Shown one piece after another: positions 21,238-31,524 of a stretch of 42,123 nucleotides of DNA. Every line of letters starts with the position of its first letter. The stretch's first letter is position 1. The notes beneath the pieces are model-generated. The model was given only the letters and a program-made list of their open reading frames with translations. It was not told the origin of the DNA and ran no database searches. Origin of the DNA: an uncultured Alphaproteobacteria bacterium (GTDB lineage Bacteria; Pseudomonadota; Alphaproteobacteria; Methylaequorales; Methylaequoraceae); assembly GCA_964473045.1 (NCBI GenBank), contig CAYYMX010000003.1, forward strand, positions 1 through 42,123, written 5' to 3'. The position numbers and the translations under genes were made by a program.

Positions 21238-22626
21238 CTAAATCTTTTTTTTAGCTCTTGAGATTGCCTTCCTAATTTCTGTAAATGCAGTTCCTCCATA
21301 AGATTTTTTTTGCAACACTGAATTTTCTGGAGTCAATATATCAAAAACCCTTTCAGTCAACTTGGGTTCTATAGATTGCATAAGTCTAAGTGGCATCTCG
21401 TGTAAATTTAGTTTATTTTTTTCAGCTAATAAAACAATTCTTCCTGTTTTGAAATGTGCTTCCCTAAAATTAATTCCAATATTCTTTACCATCCAATCAG
21501 CTAAATCTGTTGCAGTTATAAAACCTTTCATAGAAGCTTCATACATTTTTTCTTTAACTACAACAATTGAACTAATCATCTCATTAACAACTTCCATAAT
21601 TGTTTTAACTGAGTTAAAGGAATTGAAAATAGGAACCTTATCTTCCTGCAAGTCCTTACTATAGCCTGAAGGTAGTCCTTTCAAAATTATTAAAAGATTA
21701 AATAGGGAAGCGTATATACTCCCAGTTTTTGCTCTAACAAGTTCTGCTGCATCTGGATTCTTTTTTTGAGGCATAATAGACGAGCCTGTACTAAGGCTAT
21801 CTGAAAAACTTAAAAAATTAAAACAAACATTACTCCATATAATAAAATCTTCTGCTATTCTTGAAAAGTGCATGCTCAAGATCGATAATGATGATAAAAA
21901 TTCGATGGCAAAGTCTCTATCCGAGACACTGTCCAACGAATTTTCTGTTGGTTTTGCAAAACCGAGTCTCTTAGCTATAAATTTCCTATCAATCTCAAAA
22001 AAATTTGTTCCAGCTAGTGCTCCTGAACCCAAAGGACATTCATTGGTATTTTTAATTAAATTCTCAAATCTGGATTTGTCTCTAGAAAACATTTCAAAAA
22101 AAGAAAGAAAATAATGGGCTAATGAAATGGGTTGTGCATTCTGAAAATGTGTTAAACCAGGAAGTATCGTCTCGATATTTTGTTCAGCCTTTTTTAGTAG
22201 GGATTTCTGAATCAATTTTATTCTTGAAATTATTTCGTTCGAATTTTCTCTAATCCATAGTTTAAGATCTGTTGCAACTTGGTCATTTCTTGATTTTCCC
22301 GTGTGCATTTTTCCAGCAACATTTCCAATTTTTTTTTTTACTGCCATTTCTATATTAATTTGAATATCTTCAAAGCTTCCATCAAATTTAAAATCGTTTT
22401 TCTTTATATCCTTTTGGATCTCATCTAATACATTTTTAATCTTCTTGAAATCTTTTTCAGATAAAATTTTAGCTTTTTTAAGTGCTTCACAGTATACTTT
22501 ATTAACTTTTACATCCTGCAGACCAAGTTGATAATCAAAGGAAATGGAATTGTTGAAATCTTTTAGTAAATTAGAATTCTCCTTTTCAAACCTACCACCC
22601 CAAAGTGGATTTATTGTTTTTTTCAT
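21238..22626 (-). CDS. argH: Argininosuccinate lyase
   Basis: LWGGRF, HTGKSRNDQVATD, PGLTHFQNAQP, PLGSGALAG, GSSIMPQKKNPD, YSKDLQEDK. Confidence 0.98.
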   Translation of the reverse strand: MKKTINPLWGGRFEKENSNLLKDFNNSISFDYQLGLQDVKVNKVYCEALKKAKILSEKDFKKIKNVLDEIQKDIKKNDFKFDGSFEDIQINIEMAVKKKIGNVAGKMHTGKSRNDQVATDLKLWIRENSNEIISRIKLIQKSLLKKAEQNIETILPGLTHFQNAQPISLAHYFLSFFEMFSRDKSRFENLIKNTNECPLGSGALAGTNFFEIDRKFIAKRLGFAKPTENSLDSVSDRDFAIEFLSSLSILSMHFSRIAEDFIIWSNVCFNFLSFSDSLSTGSSIMPQKKNPDAAELVRAKTGSIYASLFNLLIILKGLPSGYSKDLQEDKVPIFNSFNSVKTIMEVVNEMISSIVVVKEKMYEASMKGFITATDLADWMVKNIGINFREAHFKTGRIVLLAEKNKLNLHEMPLRLMQSIEPKLTERVFDILTPENSVLQKKSYGGTAFTEIRKAISRAKKKI

Positions 22627-22651
22627 TTTCTTTTATTATCTTATTAAAAGT

Positions 22652-23155
22652 ATGTTAGGCAGATTAATCTTTTTTATTTTAATTTTTACTTCAAATCTAT
22701 CTTATTCTGATGATAACAATCAACTATTATTGCATGAAAATCCTAAAAATATTCATGAATTCTCACTAAAAAACCTTAATGGAGATAAAAAAGAATTTAA
22801 AAAAAAAACTTCTGGAATTCTAATACTTAATTTTTGGGCAACTTGGTGCCCACCCTGCATAAAAGAAATACCAGATTTACTAGTACTTGAAAAAAAATTT
22901 AAAAATATTGAGGTAGCTTTTATATCAGTTAATCACCAAATAAATAAAACTGTCCCGAAGTTTTTGAAAAAACATAATTTAACTGACTTAGCTGTTTACA
23001 ATGATGAAAAATTAGAAGTCTCCAGAAAATTTAATGTAAAATTAATGCCTACTTCAATTATTATTGATAAAAATTTACGCGAAGTTTCAAGGGTTGAAGG
23101 TTATATAAACTGGCTTGACCAAAAGACTGTTCAATTTTTAAAAAAAATTTTATAA
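22652..23155 (+). CDS. tlpA: TlpA-family thiol:disulfide oxidoreductase
   Basis: N-terminal TM/signal, LNFWATWCPPCIKEIP, LMPTS, EGYINW. The start is placed at ATG 22652 because the longer ORF overlaps argH. Confidence 0.88.
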   Translation: MLGRLIFFILIFTSNLSYSDDNNQLLLHENPKNIHEFSLKNLNGDKKEFKKKTSGILILNFWATWCPPCIKEIPDLLVLEKKFKNIEVAFISVNHQINKTVPKFLKKHNLTDLAVYNDEKLEVSRKFNVKLMPTSIIIDKNLREVSRVEGYINWLDQKTVQFLKKIL

Positions 23156-24085
23156 TTTTTTTTCAAGCTGTGGTAAAGCTTCAAATAAATCTGCTACAAG
23201 CCCATAGTCAGAAAAATTAAAAATAGGAGCTTCTTCATCTTTGTTTATGCATGCAATGAATTTTGAATCTTTAATCCCTGCAATATGCTGAATTGCACCT
23301 GAAATGCCAACAGCAATATATAAATCAGGAGCAACAATCTTTCCTGTTTGTCCTACTTGCCAATCATTTGGAACAAAACCAGCATCTACAGCAGCTCGAC
23401 TTGCTCCCATAGCTGCTCCTAGCTTATCAGCTATTACTTCTAAAAGTTTAAAGTTTTCCCCATTCTGCAAGCCTCTACCACCAGAAATTATTATTTTAGC
23501 TGATGTAAGTTCTGGCCTATCTGATTTAGAAGAGTCATGTTTGACGAAAGCAACTTTATCGCTAGGAACTGTTTTGTTTTCGTGTTTAATTACTTCACAA
23601 CTAGAAGAAGTTTCACAAGGCTCAAAGCAAGTTGTTCTTACCGTTAAAACTTTTATTTTATCATTTGACTTTACCTTTGCTATAGCATTTCCAGCATAAA
23701 TAGGTCTTTCAAAAGTATTTTCATCAATTACATTCGATACATCAGAAATTTGCTGAACATCAAGTTTCGTTGCAATCTTGGGAAGAAGATTTTTACCAAA
23801 AGTACTTGAAGGAGCTAGAATATGTGTGAAATCGTTATCATTTAAAAAATTTACAACACAGTTTGAAAGGTTTTCAGCAAGTTGTCTCTCAAAGTTTTCA
23901 TGATCAAAAACATGAACATATTTGAGTAAATTAGACTTTTTTATTTCATCAACCACTTTGTCGATTTTGCAACCAATTACAATTGCTTCAATATTTTTAT
24001 CTATATTTGAAGCTGCCGTTATTGTGTTTAATGTAACCGGTTTATTTTTTTGACTATCATGTTCTACTATAACCAAGCACTTCAT
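23150..24085 (-). CDS. etfA: Electron transfer flavoprotein alpha subunit
   Basis: [56 protein letters not shown]. Confidence 0.98.
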   Translation of the reverse strand: MKCLVIVEHDSQKNKPVTLNTITAASNIDKNIEAIVIGCKIDKVVDEIKKSNLLKYVHVFDHENFERQLAENLSNCVVNFLNDNDFTHILAPSSTFGKNLLPKIATKLDVQQISDVSNVIDENTFERPIYAGNAIAKVKSNDKIKVLTVRTTCFEPCETSSSCEVIKHENKTVPSDKVAFVKHDSSKSDRPELTSAKIIISGGRGLQNGENFKLLEVIADKLGAAMGASRAAVDAGFVPNDWQVGQTGKIVAPDLYIAVGISGAIQHIAGIKDSKFIACINKDEEAPIFNFSDYGLVADLFEALPQLEKKL

Positions 24086-24837
24086 ATTACTTTAGCCTCA
24101 TTCTTAAGTTTTGTTACTAGTTCATCTACATCCCCAACAACTACACCAGGTTTTCTTTCGGGTGGCTCATTAACTTCAATGATTGTTAGTCTTTTTGATA
24201 GATCAATTCCCAATGTCTCTGCTTTTATTTCTTCGATTTTTTTTTGCTTTGCCTTCATTATATTTGGTAGAGAAGCATATCTTGGTTCATTTAACCTTAA
24301 ATCTGTTGTAATAACACATGGAATTTCTGATCTTATAGTTTCTAATCCTCCATCAACTTCTCTAGTAATATTAAAAGATTTTTCATCAACTTTTTCTATC
24401 TTTGAAGCAAAAGTTGCTTGAGGGCATTCCATAAGAGTAGAAAGTATTTGACCAGTCTGATTAAAGTCATCATCAATTGCTTGTTTTCCCATAATTACAA
24501 GTTCTGGATTCTCTTTATCACAAATAGATTTAATTACTTTTGCAACACAAAGTGGCTCCAAGCTTATATCTTCCGTTACAACCAAAATTCCTCTATCACC
24601 TCCCATCGCAAGTCCTGTTCTAATTGTTTCCTGACTCATGGCACTGCCAATAGAGAGAATCACAATCTCAGAAATTATACCTTTCTCTTTTAACCTTACT
24701 GCTTCCTCAACTGCAATTTCATCAAACGGATTCATTGACATTTTTACATTCTCAGTTTCCACACCAGACTTGTCTGTTTTAACTCTAATTTTTACGTTGT
24801 AATCAATGACTCTTTTAACACAAACCAAAGTTTTCAT
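24082..24837 (-). CDS. etfB: Electron transfer flavoprotein beta subunit
   Basis: [65 protein letters not shown]. Start reassigned to ATG 24837. Confidence 0.98.
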   Translation of the reverse strand: MKTLVCVKRVIDYNVKIRVKTDKSGVETENVKMSMNPFDEIAVEEAVRLKEKGIISEIVILSIGSAMSQETIRTGLAMGGDRGILVVTEDISLEPLCVAKVIKSICDKENPELVIMGKQAIDDDFNQTGQILSTLMECPQATFASKIEKVDEKSFNITREVDGGLETIRSEIPCVITTDLRLNEPRYASLPNIMKAKQKKIEEIKAETLGIDLSKRLTIIEVNEPPERKPGVVVGDVDELVTKLKNEAKVI

Positions 24838-24850
24838 AATTTTTCCTGCA

Positions 24851-25399
24851 CTATTCTTTATTGGGAATCCAGAGTATATCACCATCTTTTTTATTCTCAA
24901 ACCTTGCTGCTACAAAAAGAAAGTCTGATAATCTATTCATGTATTTCACAACATTTGAACTCACAGTTTCATTTTTTTCCAAATCAATTATTGATCTTTC
25001 ACACCTTCTTGCAATTGATCTAGACAAATGAAGAAATGCTGAGGATTTTGATCCACCAGGGATTATAAATGATTTTAACGAAGACAATTTAGAATTCAAT
25101 TTGTCAATTTCTGCTTCTAGGAGCTCTATACTTTCAAATTTCACTAGAATTCCATCTGCTCTTTTTTTTGGCACACTTAAATCTGCACCAATGTCAAAAA
25201 GCTGATTTTGTATTTTTAACAACACAGATTCCAATGATTTACTACAATAAATTCTTGCTATCCCAAGAGCGCAATTCAACTCATCAATTTCACCATAGGC
25301 CTTTATTCTTATATTATTTTTTTTTACACGTTTTCCATCACCAAGACTTGTAAAACCTTTGTCACCACCTCTAGTATAAATTTTATCAAGCTTTACCAA
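24851..25399 (-). CDS. pduO: ATP:cob(I)alamin adenosyltransferase, PduO type
   Basis: [65 protein letters not shown]. Confidence 0.95.
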   Translation of the reverse strand: MVKLDKIYTRGGDKGFTSLGDGKRVKKNNIRIKAYGEIDELNCALGIARIYCSKSLESVLLKIQNQLFDIGADLSVPKKRADGILVKFESIELLEAEIDKLNSKLSSLKSFIIPGGSKSSAFLHLSRSIARRCERSIIDLEKNETVSSNVVKYMNRLSDFLFVAARFENKKDGDILWIPNKE

Positions 25400-25408
25400 A
25401 TTATTTTC

Positions 25409-25609
25409 TTATAGGTTTTCTTTTAAATATAAAGCTAAAACAAGAAAAATTAAACTTAATAGCTGTATATACACTCTATACCTCATAAACTTATTAATTT
25501 TATTTTCAGGATCATCTCCAGCCCGAGAACTATAAATTAATCCAACTAATAAAGTTAAAAAAGTCAAAAGAAGCATTAAAATAATTATTGTATTTAAAAA
25601 AGAAATCAT
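25409..25609 (-). CDS. Twin-transmembrane-helix small protein (HIG1 domain)
   Basis: Two hydrophobic helices flanking NKFMRYRV..Q. Typical position upstream of pduO-etfB-etfA. Confidence 0.85.
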   Translation of the reverse strand: MISFLNTIIILMLLLTFLTLLVGLIYSSRAGDDPENKINKFMRYRVYIQLLSLIFLVLALYLKENL

Positions 25610-25610
25610 G

Positions 25611-27296
25611 TCACTTGGTCAGTAGGCCTTTAACAACTATTTGCGCCTGAATCTCAGCCGCACCCTCAAAAATGTTAAGTATTCTAGAATCGCATAACAC
25701 TCTACTTACCGGATACTCTAGCGCATAGCCATTACCGCCATGAACCTGTAAAGCACTATCCGCATTACTCCAAGCAACTCTTGCCGCCAATAATTTAGCC
25801 ATTCCAGCTTCAATGTCACATCTAATATCATTATCTTTTTTTCTTGCAGAAAAAAGAGTTAACTGTCTTGCTACCGTAGTTTCCATAGCCATCCAAGCAA
25901 TTTTCATGAATATTCTTGGAAACTTGATAATAGGTTTGCCAAACTGGCTTCTATCTTTTGAATACTGCAATGCAAGATCTAAAGCATTTTGAGCAACCCC
26001 AACGGCTCTTGCGGCGGTCTGAATTCTTGCTGATTCAAATGTTTCCATCAACTGTTTAAAACCATTGCCTTCATTCTCACCAAGAAGGTTTTCTTTCGAC
26101 ACTTTAATTCCATCTATTGCAATTTCGTATTCCTTCATTCCTCTGTATCCAAGAACTTCAATTTCACTCCCAGACATACCATTCATGGGAAAAGGATTTT
26201 GATCATCTCCTCTAGGCTTTTCAACTAAAAACATACTTAAACCTTTATAACCTTTTTGAGATGTGTCAGTCCTAGCCAACACAGTCATCAAATCTGAACG
26301 CGCTCCATGGGTAATCCAGGTCTTATTTCCAGTAATTGTGTAAAAATTTTCATCTAGATTGGCTCTTGTTGATAAACTTCCAAGGTCAGAACCTGTATTT
26401 GGTTCGGTAAATACTGCAGTTGTAAGAATTGCACCAGATGCTATACCAGGCAAATATTTTTTCTTCTGTTTCTCAGTTCCGCCTAACCTTATTAATTCTC
26501 CAGCAATTTCAGCTCTAGTTCCAAGAGAACCGGCTGCAAGGAAACCTCTAGAAAGTTCCTCTGTAACAACACACATAGCAATCTTTCCCATTCCAAGCCC
26601 GCCATACTCCTCAGGAATTGCAATGCTAAAAACTCCGAGATCTGACATTTTTTGTAGAATGTTATCTGGAATCAATTCATCATTTAGATGCCATTCATTG
26701 GCTTTTGGGATAATTTCATCATTAGTAAATTTTCTAAATTGTTCCTGGATCATTTCAAGCGTTTCATCATTAAAACCAAAACTTGGGAACTGTCCTTTCT
26801 CTAAACTTAGGACAATTTCTTGCTTTACTTGGTTTGAAGAGCCAAATCTTATTATTTCAGAAATTTTTGCCGAGTCACAAAACGAAAAATCATTATCTGA
26901 AAGACCTATTGATTCTGAACGAATAACTTCAGTCTGGCTCATCATTATTCCATACCTAATCTGTTTAAGATATTCCGAAACTGCAAAAACCAGAATACAG
27001 CTATCAATATCTGTAGCTTTATTCTTATCATAAAGCATTTTGTACCAGTTGAATGTTTCCCTTAATCCAATTCTATAAGTTTCAAACCAGGCAAATCCAT
27101 GACTAATAAATTGATTGCTTTCAAGTGAATTATTGTCAATTCTATCATTCTTAATTAATAAACTTGATAAAAAATCCTTAGCCTTTTTTGAACACAATCC
27201 TAGTGATTCAATAATTTTATCAAAAACTTCAAAACTATTATCGACTAATTTTTTTGATGAAAGGTTTTTTTCAGGCAAGTTAAGTGAACTGTCCAT
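25611..27296 (-). CDS. mcd: Acyl-CoA dehydrogenase, probable (2S)-methylsuccinyl-CoA dehydrogenase
   Basis: 561 aa with an N-terminal extension (HGFAWFETY), AVFTEPNTGSDL, GNKTWIT, VLGYRGMKEY, FESARIQTAARAVG, HGGNGYA, IFEGAAEIQ. Directly downstream of ccr. Confidence 0.88.
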   Translation of the reverse strand: MDSSLNLPEKNLSSKKLVDNSFEVFDKIIESLGLCSKKAKDFLSSLLIKNDRIDNNSLESNQFISHGFAWFETYRIGLRETFNWYKMLYDKNKATDIDSCILVFAVSEYLKQIRYGIMMSQTEVIRSESIGLSDNDFSFCDSAKISEIIRFGSSNQVKQEIVLSLEKGQFPSFGFNDETLEMIQEQFRKFTNDEIIPKANEWHLNDELIPDNILQKMSDLGVFSIAIPEEYGGLGMGKIAMCVVTEELSRGFLAAGSLGTRAEIAGELIRLGGTEKQKKKYLPGIASGAILTTAVFTEPNTGSDLGSLSTRANLDENFYTITGNKTWITHGARSDLMTVLARTDTSQKGYKGLSMFLVEKPRGDDQNPFPMNGMSGSEIEVLGYRGMKEYEIAIDGIKVSKENLLGENEGNGFKQLMETFESARIQTAARAVGVAQNALDLALQYSKDRSQFGKPIIKFPRIFMKIAWMAMETTVARQLTLFSARKKDNDIRCDIEAGMAKLLAARVAWSNADSALQVHGGNGYALEYPVSRVLCDSRILNIFEGAAEIQAQIVVKGLLTK

Positions 27297-27340
27297 TTAG
27301 ATATAATTTGGTTATTTTTTTTTAAGTTTCAATCTATTGA

Positions 27341-28576
27341 TCATTTTAACTCATTAACAGTTTTCATTCCAGTTTTTTTAGCTTGAACTAAAACTGACAT
27401 ATTACCAGGTAGATGTTCATTTTTCATCATCTTTGTATGTGCTTTAGGAATTTCCTCCCAAGAAAAACATTCTGACATCAAAGGTTTTATTTGCCTATTA
27501 ATCATCATATTATTTGCCTCATTAGCTTGAAAGAGGTTGGCAAAATGGCTTCCTTGTATCCTTTTTTGTCTCATCCAAACATACCTTGCATCCATAGTAA
27601 GATTATATCCCGATGTCCCTGCACAAATAACTACCATACCTCCACTTTTAACCAAATAACACGAAACAGGAAAAGTTGACTCACCAGGATGTTCAAACAC
27701 TAAGTCTACATCTTTTTTGCCAGTTAGTTCCCAGATGTCTTTTCCTAGAACTCTACATTTTTTAATGTATTCAGCATACGAATTTTGATCTTTTACATCT
27801 GGCAACTTTCCAAAACAGTTATATTTTTTTCTATTCAGAACACCGATTGCCCCTAAATCCTTAACAAATTTCATTTTTTCATCATCTGACACTACACCAA
27901 TTGCATTTGCTCCTACAGCTTTACATATTTGTATAGCCATACTGCCTATTCCTCCAGATGAACCCCAAACTAAAACGTTTTGACCTGGTCTTAAAGTGTT
28001 TGGAGGATGACCAAATAACATTCTGAAAGCTGTTGCTAAAGTTAAGGTATAGCAGCCACTCTCCTCCCAAGTTAGATGATTTGGTTTTTTTAGTAATTGC
28101 CTAGACTGTACAGTTGTAAATTGTGCAAAAGAACCATCTGCCGTCTCATATCCCCAAATCCTTTGAGATTTAGAAAGCATCGGCTCACCACCATTACACT
28201 CTTCATCATCCCCATCATCCATATTACAATGAATAATCACCTCATCACCAACTTTCCATCTCTTAACATTCTCTCCCACAGCCCATACAATTCCAGAGGC
28301 ATCAGAACCTGCAATATGATAATCTTTTTTATGAACATCAAGAACGGAGACTGGAATACCTTGGGATGCCCAAACTCCATTATAATTAACACCAGCAGCC
28401 ATAACTAATACAAGAGCTTCATCTTTTCCAGGCTTTTGCACTGGCATCTCCTCAACTTTCATAGCTTTCTCGGGGACATCCTGGCGATCACGTCTTATAA
28501 CCCACGCATACATTTTTTCTGGAATAGTTCCAATCTCAGGTATTTCACCAATTTCGTAAATTTCTTTTGCAGTCAT
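27341..28576 (-). CDS. ccr: Crotonyl-CoA carboxylase/reductase
   Basis: KEIYEIGEIP, MAAGVNYNGVW, HIAGSDASG, RIWGYETADGSFAQF, FEHPGE, WMRQKRIQGSHFAN, retaining the Asn/Glu/His CO2-binding positions. Start reassigned to ATG 28576. Confidence 0.96.
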   Translation of the reverse strand: MTAKEIYEIGEIPEIGTIPEKMYAWVIRRDRQDVPEKAMKVEEMPVQKPGKDEALVLVMAAGVNYNGVWASQGIPVSVLDVHKKDYHIAGSDASGIVWAVGENVKRWKVGDEVIIHCNMDDGDDEECNGGEPMLSKSQRIWGYETADGSFAQFTTVQSRQLLKKPNHLTWEESGCYTLTLATAFRMLFGHPPNTLRPGQNVLVWGSSGGIGSMAIQICKAVGANAIGVVSDDEKMKFVKDLGAIGVLNRKKYNCFGKLPDVKDQNSYAEYIKKCRVLGKDIWELTGKKDVDLVFEHPGESTFPVSCYLVKSGGMVVICAGTSGYNLTMDARYVWMRQKRIQGSHFANLFQANEANNMMINRQIKPLMSECFSWEEIPKAHTKMMKNEHLPGNMSVLVQAKKTGMKTVNELK

Positions 28577-28680
28577 ATAAAATATCCTAGATAATATTTC
28601 TGTGAAATTTATATCATTTATTTCAAAAAATACATAATTTTCTTGTTGAGAAGAAGAAAAAATATTATTTATCATTAACT

Positions 28681-30663
28681 ATGAATGAATTAAAAGACAA
28701 ACCTTGGCTCATAAGAACTTACGCTGGTCATTCTTCAGCTGAAGCATCAAATAAGCTATACAAAGAAAATTTAAAAAAAGGTCAAACTGGTCTTTCAGTA
28801 GCCTTCGATTTGCCAACTCAAACAGGCTATGATTCAGATCACTTGCTATCAAAAGGTGAAGTGGGGAAAGTTGGTGTACCAATAAGTCATATTGGAAATA
28901 TGCAAACTTTGTTAAAAAATATCCCTCTAGATAAAATGAATACATCAATGACCATCAATGCTCCGGCTGCATGGTTACTATCCCTATATATTGCAACAGC
29001 TGAAAAGCAAGGTATTAAAAGAAACAATCTATCTGGAACAACTCAAAATGACATTATTAAAGAATATTTATCAAGAGGCACCTATATTTTTCCTCCTGAA
29101 CCAAGTTTGAAACTTACTTCAGATATCATTCAGTACACCACTAAGGAAGTGCCCAAGTGGAATCCTATAAATGTTTGCTCATATCATCTTCAAGAAGCTG
29201 GAGCAACTCCTGAACAAGAATTGTCTTTTGCTTTAGCTACAGCTATTGGAGTAATTGAATATTTAAAGAAATCATCAAAAATCGAAAAGCAACTTTTCGA
29301 AAAAATTGTTGGAAGAATAAGTTTTTTTGTTAATTCAGGAATGAGATTAGTCACAGAAACATCTAAAATGATTGCATTTACCGAGTTATGGGATGAAATA
29401 TGTAAAGTCAGGTTCAAAGTAACCAATAAAAAATATAGAAGATTTAGATATGGAATGCAGGTAAACTCACTAGGATTAACAGAATTACAACCAGAAAACA
29501 ATGTATATAGAATACTAATTCAAATGCTTCCAGTTGTTATCTCAAAAAACTCCCGAGCTAGGGCAATTCAGTTGCCAGCCTGGAATGAAGCACTTGGCCT
29601 ACCAAGACCCTGGGATCAACAGTGGAGTTTGAGGTTGCAACAAATAATGTCACTAGAAACAGATATTCTTGAATTTGAAGACATACTAAATGGTTCAAAA
29701 GTTATTACAAAGAAGGTGAATGAATTAAAAAGATCCACCTACATAGAACTTAGAAAAATAGATCAATTTGGAGGATTAACGCAAGCTATCGAAAATGGTT
29801 ATATTAAAAGTAAGCTAGTTGAATCTCAGACTTTAAGACAAAAAAACATTGAATCATCGCTACAAAAAGTTATTGGGGTAAACTGTTTTATGGATGGAGA
29901 ACCATCCCCACTTGTTTCAACTAATGACGGTGGTTTCATGAAAGTTGATGAAAAAGCTGAGTTGAAACAAATTAAAAACGTAAAGAGTTGGAAGGCTAAG
30001 AGAAATAAAAAAATCGTGCATAATCTTCTCAAGGAACTAAAACTGAAGGCTAAAGCAAATGAAAATATTATGGACATTTCTATAAAATGTGCTCATGGTG
30101 GAATTACTACAGGCGAGTGGTCAAATGTAATGAGGGAAGTTTTTGGAGAATATAGAGCTCCCACTGGGATAGTTTCATCTCACTCATCGTTAAAGAAAAC
30201 TAAAAACTTGGCGATTAAGACTCTCCAAGAAAAAGTTAACCTTATAACCCAAAAGTTAAAAAGGAGACCAAAAATTTTGGTTGGAAAACCAGGGTTAGAT
30301 GGTCATTCAAATGGAGCCGAACAAATTGCAGTAAGAGCAAGAGATATTGGATTAGAAGTTGTTTATGAAGGCATCAGATCAACACCCGAACAATTGGTAT
30401 CTGCAGCGATTGAAGAAGGTGTGCATATCATTGGATTATCAATTCTATCTGGTTCTCATATTCATCTAGTAAAGAAAATAATTGACTTACTTAAAAAAAA
30501 TGATTGTTCAAGAATACCTCTTATAATTGGTGGAATTATTCCACCGATTGATGAGAAAAAACTTATATCAATAGGTGTTAAAGCAGTTTTTACTCCAAAA
30601 GATTTTAAAATTGAAAAGATTATGGAACGAATTGTAAAAATTATAAGTAATTCTTATGAGTAA
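28681..30663 (+). CDS. ecm: Ethylmalonyl-CoA mutase (MeaA), adenosylcobalamin-dependent
   Basis: PWLIRTYAGHS (rather than the RQYAGF of methylmalonyl-CoA mutase), GLSVAFDLPTQ, YGMQVNSLGLT, B12 motif GLDGHSNGA. Divergent from ccr. Confidence 0.95.
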   Translation: MNELKDKPWLIRTYAGHSSAEASNKLYKENLKKGQTGLSVAFDLPTQTGYDSDHLLSKGEVGKVGVPISHIGNMQTLLKNIPLDKMNTSMTINAPAAWLLSLYIATAEKQGIKRNNLSGTTQNDIIKEYLSRGTYIFPPEPSLKLTSDIIQYTTKEVPKWNPINVCSYHLQEAGATPEQELSFALATAIGVIEYLKKSSKIEKQLFEKIVGRISFFVNSGMRLVTETSKMIAFTELWDEICKVRFKVTNKKYRRFRYGMQVNSLGLTELQPENNVYRILIQMLPVVISKNSRARAIQLPAWNEALGLPRPWDQQWSLRLQQIMSLETDILEFEDILNGSKVITKKVNELKRSTYIELRKIDQFGGLTQAIENGYIKSKLVESQTLRQKNIESSLQKVIGVNCFMDGEPSPLVSTNDGGFMKVDEKAELKQIKNVKSWKAKRNKKIVHNLLKELKLKAKANENIMDISIKCAHGGITTGEWSNVMREVFGEYRAPTGIVSSHSSLKKTKNLAIKTLQEKVNLITQKLKRRPKILVGKPGLDGHSNGAEQIAVRARDIGLEVVYEGIRSTPEQLVSAAIEEGVHIIGLSILSGSHIHLVKKIIDLLKKNDCSRIPLIIGGIIPPIDEKKLISIGVKAVFTPKDFKIEKIMERIVKIISNSYE

Positions 30664-30690
30664 AAAAAAACTCTTGAATTAACTATTTGT

Positions 30691-31524
30691 TTGCTAAGAA
30701 AGCTTTTTAAGTTTGATTTAACTTCATATATTCCAATAAGATTTCAAAATATTGACCTTGGCTGGATTCATCGAACAAACTTGGAAAAGATAAATTTAAA
30801 AACAGAAAATAATGATTTCATAGCATATGAAAAAGTTCTCAAAGCATCAAGAAAAGAAGATTTAAAAAATTTTCAAGGTGAAAAATTATCTACAGAATAT
30901 TGCCCTGTATTCAAATTTTGTTCGTTAAGCCCTAAAACAAAATTTAATCATAACTTAGATTTTGGTCTAAAATGTCTTTTTAATATAAACAGAGAATTTC
31001 TTCAATTTTTTGGATTTCCTGCATATGGAGTTCACTGCAATGTTTGGACAAATTTTGGAAACTCTATAATTATGCATCTAGCTATAAGATCAAAAAAAAT
31101 AAAAAAATTTCCTAACCTCGTTGATAATTTAATTGCTGGTGGCCAACCGAGTGGAATATCTATAAAAAATAATTTATTTAAAGAGGCATATGAGGAAGCG
31201 GGTTTAAAAAAAAAAATTATCCGAAATGCTAAAATGAAAAATACAGTTAGTTATCACCACAATGAAAAAACAACATTTAACTCTTCAGTAATTTTTATTT
31301 ATGATTTGAAGGTGGAGAAAAACATAGCCTTCAAAAACATTGATGGCGAGGTAGATTCATTTATTTCTGAAGAGATAAACTGTCTTTACTCTATCTTGGA
31401 AAAAGAAACCTTAAAACCTAATTGTATAATTCCTATTGCAGACTTTTTTTTAAGAAAACTTGGTGATTATTTTCCAAGAAACGGTATTTTAGAAATAAAA
31501 AAACTTTTAGGATATAGTGAGTAA
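30691..31524 (+). CDS. Nudix hydrolase with DUF4743-like N-terminus
   Basis: FGFPAYGVHCN, RSKK...FPNLVDNLIAGG, Nudix box KEAYEEAGL, FIYDL, DGEVDSF, KPNC. TTG start is uncertain. Confidence 0.8.
   Translation: MLRKLFKFDLTSYIPIRFQNIDLGWIHRTNLEKINLKTENNDFIAYEKVLKASRKEDLKNFQGEKLSTEYCPVFKFCSLSPKTKFNHNLDFGLKCLFNINREFLQFFGFPAYGVHCNVWTNFGNSIIMHLAIRSKKIKKFPNLVDNLIAGGQPSGISIKNNLFKEAYEEAGLKKKIIRNAKMKNTVSYHHNEKTTFNSSVIFIYDLKVEKNIAFKNIDGEVDSFISEEINCLYSILEKETLKPNCIIPIADFFLRKLGDYFPRNGILEIKKLLGYSE

Noticed and set aside
26359-27033. 224-aa plus-strand ORF
   Set aside because: It lies entirely antisense to the well-conserved mcd, is Ser/Pro/Ile-rich with no motif, and is a typical shadow ORF.
22544-28675. 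Extended N-termini in the ORF track for tlpA (22544), etfB (24900) and ccr (28675)
   Set aside because: The extensions overlap neighbouring genes or the divergent promoter, and family-typical N-termini begin at the downstream ATGs 22652, 24837 and 28576.
28577-28680. Cobalamin riboswitch between ccr and ecm
   Set aside because: The 104-bp gap is nearly all A/T, with no B12-box or stable stems.
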